From Candidatus Eiseniibacteriota bacterium (GTDB taxonomy: Bacteria; Eisenbacteria; RBG-16-71-46; DASYSL01), in the NCBI GenBank assembly GCA_046598045.1, contig JBKJJJ010000215.1:62645-126644 (forward strand): a stretch of 64,000 nt of DNA, written 5' to 3'. The notes beneath the pieces were generated by a model, which saw only the letters and a list, made by a program, of their open reading frames with translations, made no database searches and was not told where the DNA came from. Below, piece by piece: positions 57,914-64,000 of the stretch (within the stretch, counting starts at the first letter, position 1; each line of letters begins with the position of its first letter). Made by a program: the position numbers and the translations under genes.

Positions 57914-58831
57914 ATGAGGGCGCGCGTCGTCGGGCTCCTGCGCGACCTGTTGCCCCAGGGCGTTGTGGATGGCGCGCGCGACCTCGTGCGCAACCTGCCG
58001 CACGCGCACGAGGTCTCACCCACGAAGCGCGCGCTCGCGGCCGCGGGGGCGTCCCCGGAGTTCCTCGACGCCGACGCGCTCGCCGTGCTCCAGGCGCGCT
58101 TCCCGCCGGCGCCGGACTACGGCTATGACCCCGCGTCGGTCGATCGGCGCGGGCGCATCCGCGCGCGTGAGCTCCTGCGCATGTCCGGCGCGCGCGCGGC
58201 CACGGACTTCCTCGAGCTCGGCTGCTGGGACGGCATGGTGGCTGCGGGCCTCGCGCGCGCGGGCAAGCGCGCGATCGGCGTTGACCAGCGCGGAGACGGG
58301 TTCGACGCGCGCGCCGTCGCCGCGGGCGCACGCCTTCAGGCGATGGATGCTTCGCGGCTCGACTTCGAGGACTCGCGCTTCGACTTCGTCTACTCCTACG
58401 ACGCGTTCGAACACTTCGAGGCGCCGGACGGCGTGCTTGCCGAGTGCATTCGCGTGCTCAAGCCGGGCGGGCGGCTCTTCGTCGAGTTCGGCCCGCTCTT
58501 CCTCTCGCCGCTCGGGCAGCACGCCTACCGCTCGATCCGCGTGCCCTATTGCCAGTGCCTGTTCGCGCCCGAGACGCTCGCCGCGTACACGGCCGGGCAC
58601 GGGCTGCCACCGATCGAGTTCGACCACGTGAACCGTTGGCCGATCGCGCGCTTTCGGGCGCTTTGGGAGGACCAGGCCGCGAGCCTCCAGCGCGTGCACT
58701 ACAAGGAGATGGTGGACCTGACCCAGCTCGCGCTCATCCGTGAGTATCCCTCGTGCTTCAAGAGCAAGTCCGAACACCTCGAAGACTTCGTCGTGGCGCA
58801 GGTGAGCGCCCTGTTCGTCAAGCGGCGGTAG
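57914..58831 (+). CDS. Class I SAM-dependent methyltransferase
   Basis: LELGCWDG, FDFVYSYDAFEH, RVLKPGG. Confidence 0.85.
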   Translation: MRARVVGLLRDLLPQGVVDGARDLVRNLPHAHEVSPTKRALAAAGASPEFLDADALAVLQARFPPAPDYGYDPASVDRRGRIRARELLRMSGARAATDFLELGCWDGMVAAGLARAGKRAIGVDQRGDGFDARAVAAGARLQAMDASRLDFEDSRFDFVYSYDAFEHFEAPDGVLAECIRVLKPGGRLFVEFGPLFLSPLGQHAYRSIRVPYCQCLFAPETLAAYTAGHGLPPIEFDHVNRWPIARFRALWEDQAASLQRVHYKEMVDLTQLALIREYPSCFKSKSEHLEDFVVAQVSALFVKRR

Positions 58832-58847
58832 ATCCGCGGAGGACACG

Positions 58848-59219
58848 ATGGCGACCGTGCGGTACCTGGTGGAGGACGTGGATCAGGCGCTGCCGTTCTA
58901 CCTCGCACTCGGCTTCGAATTGGTCGAGCGCTGGGGACCGCCGTTCGCGATGGTCGCGCGCGGCGACCTGACGATCTGGCTGAGCGGGCCGGGCACCTCG
59001 GCCTCGCGCGCGCTCGTTGATGGCGCGGTGCCGCGCCCGGGCGGCTGGAATCGCGTCGTGCTCGAGGTCGACGACCTCGATGCCACGCTCGCCGCCGTGC
59101 GCGCCACTGGCGTGCGCGTGCGCAGCGAGCCGATCGAGGGCCCCGGGGGACGGCAGTCGCTGGTCGAGGACCGGTCAGGAAACCCCGTCGAAATCTTCGA
59201 GGCGCGCACGAAGGCTTGA
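58848..59219 (+). CDS. VOC/glyoxalase family protein
   Basis: VRYLVEDVD, GGWNRVVLEVDDL, EDRSGNPVEIFE. Confidence 0.9.
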   Translation: MATVRYLVEDVDQALPFYLALGFELVERWGPPFAMVARGDLTIWLSGPGTSASRALVDGAVPRPGGWNRVVLEVDDLDATLAAVRATGVRVRSEPIEGPGGRQSLVEDRSGNPVEIFEARTKA

Positions 59220-59379
59220 CCACTGAGACGTTGACAGGTGCCGTCCGATCCCCGAGAGTACTGCGCGACCGGGCGTGGGCCATTCGTGGCCCGCGCCTTT
59301 CTTGTTTTGCGCCCTCGCGTTTGCCCCCGCGGCGTGAAGCCGGAAGTGCGCGCGCCACGTCGGCCCCGAAAGGTCCGGC

Positions 59380-62022
59380 ATGCGCAAAGCTATGGTCAGG
59401 TTGAAGCAGCGGGGGCAGGCCCTCGGCGGGCTCGGGCTCGCGATCGCACTCATGCTGCTCGCCAACGAAGTGGCCCGCGGCGCGCCCGCGCCCGGGCCGG
59501 ATCCCACCGCGGACCCAGTCCGGGCGGCGCAGGACCTCGCGAAGCATCCCCCGACCGCGGACGCGGTGCCCGACATCAATGGGCCCGGCTCCTGCGTCTC
59601 GACGGTCGGCAACGTTTGGATCAAGACCACGAACATCGGGATCATCGGCAATCCCTTCACCGCGAACTCCTCCGACCCTTCCGGCCAGTGGCCCGGCCCC
59701 TCCGGGATCCAGTACATGGGTTTCTGGAACCTCTGGGTCGGCGCGAAGAACCCCGAGGCGCTCGACCCGACGCAGCTCAGGCGCGTCGACCACGGCTTCG
59801 AGTGGCGGCCGCCGTCCCTGGCGCCGGAGGACCGTATCTACAGCGCATTCGAGGGCCAGGCCGGCGGCGTGCGCGACTTCGACGACGACGGCGACCACCG
59901 GGTCGACGAGGAGTTCCTGAACGGCAAGGACGATGACCGCGACGGCCTGGTCGACGAGGACTACGCCGCGGTCTCGCAGCAGATGTGCACGACCGAGCTG
60001 CGCGACGACACCGACCAGGCCGTCAATGCCGCGACCGCCGAGAAGCACGTGCCGTTCGGCATCCTGGTGCGGCAGACCACGTACGCGTTCGCGGTGCCCG
60101 GTGCGAACGACTTCGTGGCCGTAGGCTACGACATCTTCAACCAGTCGGGACACACGCTGGACTCCGTGTTCGTGGGATTCTTCGTCGACCCCGACATCGG
60201 TCCCGCGTCCGTCGACCGCTTCTTCGCGGACGACCTCGCCGACCCGCGCGTGCCGCAGGGCGACTATCTCGAGACCGTCGCGCCGAACGACCTGCGCTAC
60301 GACGCCTCGCTGTGCACGCAGGACACGATCCACGTCAATGGCTTCACCTACGAGGACGACGAGGGCGACCTCGGCAAGACCACGGGGGCCGGGTCGTTCC
60401 TTCTGCTCGGCCACACCACCGATCCGACCGGGCTCAAGGCGCCGCGGCGCGTGGGCTTTCGCATGTACCGCACGTACGTCCCAGGCACGCCGTTCCAGCA
60501 GGGCGGGCAGCCGGTGGTCGACCTCGAGCGTTTCGCGGCGCTCGCGAGCGAGGTCGGGATCGACCCGCTGACCGGCATGATCAACGAGGAGCGCTCGGAC
60601 GCCTCGACCAAGACCGACTTCCGGTCGATCTGCTCGGTCGGCCCGTTCCTCGACTGGCGAGATGGCGAGAAGCTCGACATCGAGGTCGCGCTCGCGGTCC
60701 AGCACTGCGACTACTCGCGCCCGATCGACGATCCCGCCGACCCGTCGCGCGGCAATCCGGAGCGCTACGCCGCGATCATCCGGAACGCGATCGAGACCCA
60801 GAAGACCTTCCGCGGCGGGCCCGTCGCGGCACGCCCCGACGAGACGACGCCGGATGCGATCGGCCGCGAAACCGGCCTGATCGCGGCGCCGGGCACGACC
60901 TACGAACTTGCCGACTGCCGCGACCCCGAGGGCTCGAGCCGCACGGTGAACGACAATGGCTACACCTGGTTCGACCTCGACTGCAACTACTGCACCGGGT
61001 CGGTCGGCCTCGGCCAGCGCCACTGGCTCGCCGCCGCGCCGCCACCGAACCCGCACACGCACTACACCCCGGGCGACCAGCAGGTCGCGATCGAGTGGGA
61101 CAACCGCAGCGAGTACACGCCCGATCCCTCGAGCGGCCTGCTCGACTTCAAGGCCTACCGCATCTGGAAGGCCGCGAACTTCACCCGCCCGGTGGGCACG
61201 AGCGGCCCCGGCGACGAGCTGTGGGCCCTGCTTGCGGAGTACGAGCTGTTCGATGAACAACGTCCGTTGATCGACTCGGTGGACACGAACGACGACGGTC
61301 GGCTCGACGCGGTCACGCGCACCTGGCCGGTGCTGCTCAACGCGCAGGACCAGAAGCGGCTCGTGCCGGTCGACGTGCCGCCGTTGACGACCGCGGGAGG
61401 CGACACACTATTCACGATCGGCGACCGGCCGTACGTCGACGAGCGCGGGGCGCCGCACATCGCGCGCGGCGTGAAGATCCCGCACTACCCGGTGGGCCGC
61501 TACCGGTTCATCGACCGGAACGTGCTCAACGGCTTCGTCTACTTCTATTCGATCGCGGGCAAGGACTCGACCGGCCAGCGCGACGTCAACGGCGGCCGGG
61601 GCACGCTCGCCGAGCAGGAGGGGCGGCGCGCGGCGGTCGAGGGCGACGGCGTGGTCCCGCAGGCGTCCCAGGGGATCAGGGCCGGGCAGGTCTACGTCGT
61701 GCCGAACCCGTACCGCGGGCGCGCGCAGTGGGACCTGTCGCCGAGCGCCGCCGACCCGACCGGGACGCACGTGGACTTCTTCAACATGCCGGCGGGCCAG
61801 TGGACGCTGCGCATCTACACGATCGCCGGCGACCTCGTGCAGACGCTGCGCAACTCCGACCTGCTGGTCAGCGGCAAACCGCAGCAGGAGACGCCCGATG
61901 ACGGGCAGGCGACGTGGAACCTGATCTCTCGCAACGGCCAGGACGTCGCGAGCGGGATCTACCTGTTCAGTGTCCAGTCCGGGCTCGGCACGAGCCAGGG
62001 GAAGTTCGTCCTGATCCGCTGA
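59380..62022 (+). CDS. Large secreted protein with Ca-binding-like repeats and C-terminal FlgD/T9SS-like domain
   Basis: Signal peptide; DDDGDHRVDEEFLNGKDDDRDGLVDED; tail VVPNPY..FFNMP..IYTIAGDLV..WNL.SRNGQDVASGIYLFSV..GKFVLIR. Confidence 0.8.
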   Translation: MRKAMVRLKQRGQALGGLGLAIALMLLANEVARGAPAPGPDPTADPVRAAQDLAKHPPTADAVPDINGPGSCVSTVGNVWIKTTNIGIIGNPFTANSSDPSGQWPGPSGIQYMGFWNLWVGAKNPEALDPTQLRRVDHGFEWRPPSLAPEDRIYSAFEGQAGGVRDFDDDGDHRVDEEFLNGKDDDRDGLVDEDYAAVSQQMCTTELRDDTDQAVNAATAEKHVPFGILVRQTTYAFAVPGANDFVAVGYDIFNQSGHTLDSVFVGFFVDPDIGPASVDRFFADDLADPRVPQGDYLETVAPNDLRYDASLCTQDTIHVNGFTYEDDEGDLGKTTGAGSFLLLGHTTDPTGLKAPRRVGFRMYRTYVPGTPFQQGGQPVVDLERFAALASEVGIDPLTGMINEERSDASTKTDFRSICSVGPFLDWRDGEKLDIEVALAVQHCDYSRPIDDPADPSRGNPERYAAIIRNAIETQKTFRGGPVAARPDETTPDAIGRETGLIAAPGTTYELADCRDPEGSSRTVNDNGYTWFDLDCNYCTGSVGLGQRHWLAAAPPPNPHTHYTPGDQQVAIEWDNRSEYTPDPSSGLLDFKAYRIWKAANFTRPVGTSGPGDELWALLAEYELFDEQRPLIDSVDTNDDGRLDAVTRTWPVLLNAQDQKRLVPVDVPPLTTAGGDTLFTIGDRPYVDERGAPHIARGVKIPHYPVGRYRFIDRNVLNGFVYFYSIAGKDSTGQRDVNGGRGTLAEQEGRRAAVEGDGVVPQASQGIRAGQVYVVPNPYRGRAQWDLSPSAADPTGTHVDFFNMPAGQWTLRIYTIAGDLVQTLRNSDLLVSGKPQQETPDDGQATWNLISRNGQDVASGIYLFSVQSGLGTSQGKFVLIR

Positions 62023-62144
62023 ACGCCGCGGCGCGGCGTACGGGTGCGCGCATGCGTGCGCCGGGACGCGCGCTGCGCGTGGCCTCCGGGGTGTGATAGG
62101 GTGCGGCCTTCGATCCGCGCCCACCCCCGGGGGAATCGCACTCC

Positions 62145-62777
62145 ATGTTCGACGTGCAGCACTGGATCCGGGTCCTCGGCCTGTTCGGCGTGTTCGCCGT
62201 GGTGTTCGCCGAAACCGGCCTCCTGGTCGGGTTCTTCCTGCCCGGCGACAGCCTGCTGTTCACCGCGGGGTTCCTCGCCTCGCAGGGCACGTTCGACATC
62301 GGCGCGTTGTCGCTCGGCTGCTTCGTGGCTTCGGTGCTCGGCAACATGGCCGCGTATGCGTTCGGCGCGCGCGTCGGGCGCGGCCTGTTCGAGCGACCGA
62401 ACTCCCGTTTCTTCCGCCGCGAATACCTGGTGAAGGCCCACGCGTTCTACGAGCGCCATGGGGCCCGCGCGCTCGTGCTGGCGCGCTTCATCCCCGGCGT
62501 GCGCGTGTTCGCGCCGATCGTCGCGGGCATCGGGCTCATGGAGTACCGCAAGTTCACGCTCGCGAACCTGCTCGGCGGGGCGCTGTGGGCGTTCGGCCTG
62601 ACGTGGGCGGGCTACTGGCTCGGGCGCCACATTCCCAATGTCGACCGCTACCTGCTGCCGATCGTGGGCCTGATCGTGGTGGTCTCGGTGCTGCCCGGCG
62701 TCCTTCACGTGTGGAACGACCGCGAGCAGCGCGCCGCGATCCTGGGCGCCATCCGTCGTCTCTTCGGAAGAGCCTAG
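62145..62777 (+). CDS. dedA: DedA family membrane protein
   Basis: FAETGLLVGFFLPGDSLLF, FYERHG, ARFIPGVR. Confidence 0.92.
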   Translation: MFDVQHWIRVLGLFGVFAVVFAETGLLVGFFLPGDSLLFTAGFLASQGTFDIGALSLGCFVASVLGNMAAYAFGARVGRGLFERPNSRFFRREYLVKAHAFYERHGARALVLARFIPGVRVFAPIVAGIGLMEYRKFTLANLLGGALWAFGLTWAGYWLGRHIPNVDRYLLPIVGLIVVVSVLPGVLHVWNDREQRAAILGAIRRLFGRA

Positions 62778-63904
62778 TCGAGCGTCTTGCGGAAGCGTCG
62801 GGCCGCGAGAAACGTGAGCACGACCGCGAACCCGGCGAGTGCGAGCGCGTTCGGCCAGAGCGTGCGCAGCGTCGCCCCCTTGAGGAACACCCCCCGCACG
62901 ATCTCCGCGAAGTAGCGCAACGGCAGGAGCCAGGTCACCGCCTGGATCAAAGGCGGCATGTTCTCGATCGGGAACAGGAACCCCGAGAGGTAGATCATCG
63001 GCGTCATGATGAAGAACATCGACGCCGTCATCGCCTGCTGCTGGGTGCGCGCCATGGTCGACACCAGGAGCCCGGCCGCGAGCACGACCAGCACGAAGAT
63101 GAATGCCATCGCGACCAGCTCGAGGAACGAGCCCCGCAGCGGCACGCGGAACCAGCCGACCGCGAGCATGGTCGTGATCAGCACCTCGATCAGGCCGACG
63201 CCCGCGTAGGGCGCGAGTTTGCCGATCATCAGCGCCCGGGGGTCGAGCGGGGTGACGATCAGCTGCTCCATCGTGCCGCTCTCACGCTCGCGCACGACGG
63301 CCATCGAGCCGAGCGTCATGAGCACGATCATGAGCACCATCGCCATCACCGCGGGCACCATGTACCAGCGCGAGCGCAGGTCCGGGTTGTACCAGACGCG
63401 CGGCACGACGCGCACCTGGCCCGGCTTCTGCGCGTGCTCGGGCATGAGCTGCGCGATGCGCGCCGCCGACTCCTGGCCGATGATCTGCGCGGCGTAGGCG
63501 AGCCCGCGCATGGACGAATTCGAGTCCGTGCCGTCGGCCAGCACCTGGACCTGCGGACGCCGGCCGGCGTTGAGCGTTTTGCCGTAGCCGCCGGGGATCA
63601 CGAGTGCGAGGTCGGCCTTGCCGCGCACCAGCCAGTCGTCGACCGCGTCGGGGGACGCCTCGAGCCCCACGACCCTGAAGTAGCTCGAGCCCGTGAAGCG
63701 TTCGATCAGCGCTCGGCTCTCGGGGCTCCGGTCCTGGTCGACGAGCACGAACGGGATGTTCTTCACGTCCGTCGTCGCTGCGTAGCCGAACGCCAGCATC
63801 TGCAGGAACGGCGCGACGAACAGGATGCGCAGCGCGTCGGGATTGCGCTTGAGTTGCGCGAACTCCTTGAGGAAGACGTGGCGGACCTGCCTCCAGAACA
63901 TCAC
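62774..63904 (-). CDS. ABC-2 type permease (YbhR-like)
   Basis: KEFAQLKR, DGTDSN, WYNPDL, VRERESGTMEQLIVTP, LSGFLFPIENMP. Confidence 0.9.
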   Translation of the reverse strand: MMFWRQVRHVFLKEFAQLKRNPDALRILFVAPFLQMLAFGYAATTDVKNIPFVLVDQDRSPESRALIERFTGSSYFRVVGLEASPDAVDDWLVRGKADLALVIPGGYGKTLNAGRRPQVQVLADGTDSNSSMRGLAYAAQIIGQESAARIAQLMPEHAQKPGQVRVVPRVWYNPDLRSRWYMVPAVMAMVLMIVLMTLGSMAVVRERESGTMEQLIVTPLDPRALMIGKLAPYAGVGLIEVLITTMLAVGWFRVPLRGSFLELVAMAFIFVLVVLAAGLLVSTMARTQQQAMTASMFFIMTPMIYLSGFLFPIENMPPLIQAVTWLLPLRYFAEIVRGVFLKGATLRTLWPNALALAGFAVVLTFLAARRFRKTLD

Positions 63905-64000
63905 GCTCTCCGGCTCGACAGCCGCGACGACGCGAGCGTGAGCATGACCGCCGCGTAGATCACGAGCGCGACCAGGTCCCACGGATAGGCCGTCGCCGGC
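63901..64000 (-). CDS. C-terminal fragment of an upstream ABC-2 permease (truncated by window)
   Basis: Hydrophobic tail YPWDLVALVIYAAVMLTLASSRL ending in a TGA that overlaps the next start. Confidence 0.55.
   Translation of the reverse strand, partial: PATAYPWDLVALVIYAAVMLTLASSRLSSRRA

Overview
High-GC bacterial chromosomal window, probably FCB-superphylum (Ca. Eisenbacteria-like). That placement is an inference from the FlgD/T9SS-like tails, the WGxxKxxYR-tailed secreted proteins and a Fibrobacter-type SOS box. Left to right: a pilT plus DUF4388/pseudo-PilT pair under divergent sigma54 promoters; LOG-iscA-iscS; a MacB/FtsX-type ABC system with a split permease and a lipocalin/AttH-like fusion; a Fur-box-preceded flavinylation operon (ApbE-porin fusion, FMN-binding protein, His-containing membrane protein); an orphan sRNA candidate; an SOS cassette (small protein-dinB-dnaE2); a cusCBA copper efflux locus; a probable AhpD-like selenoprotein (in-frame CxxU TGA plus SECIS-like hairpin); a Rex-box-preceded alternative complex III operon (actABCDEF); a variable region around tRNA-Leu(TAA); a purine catabolism cluster (puuD, xanthine dehydrogenase subunits, allB, alc-uraD fusion, uraH); and several housekeeping and secreted-protein genes. 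The tRNA region holds an upstream duplicate of the tRNA 3' end, three unrelated secreted proteins sharing a C-terminal WGx[LV]KxxYR motif (candidate undescribed sorting signal), and a pseudogene with a plant EDR4/XLG-like domain. No CRISPR array, rRNA, integrase or transposase was seen. All family assignments come from motif recognition by eye, not database searches.
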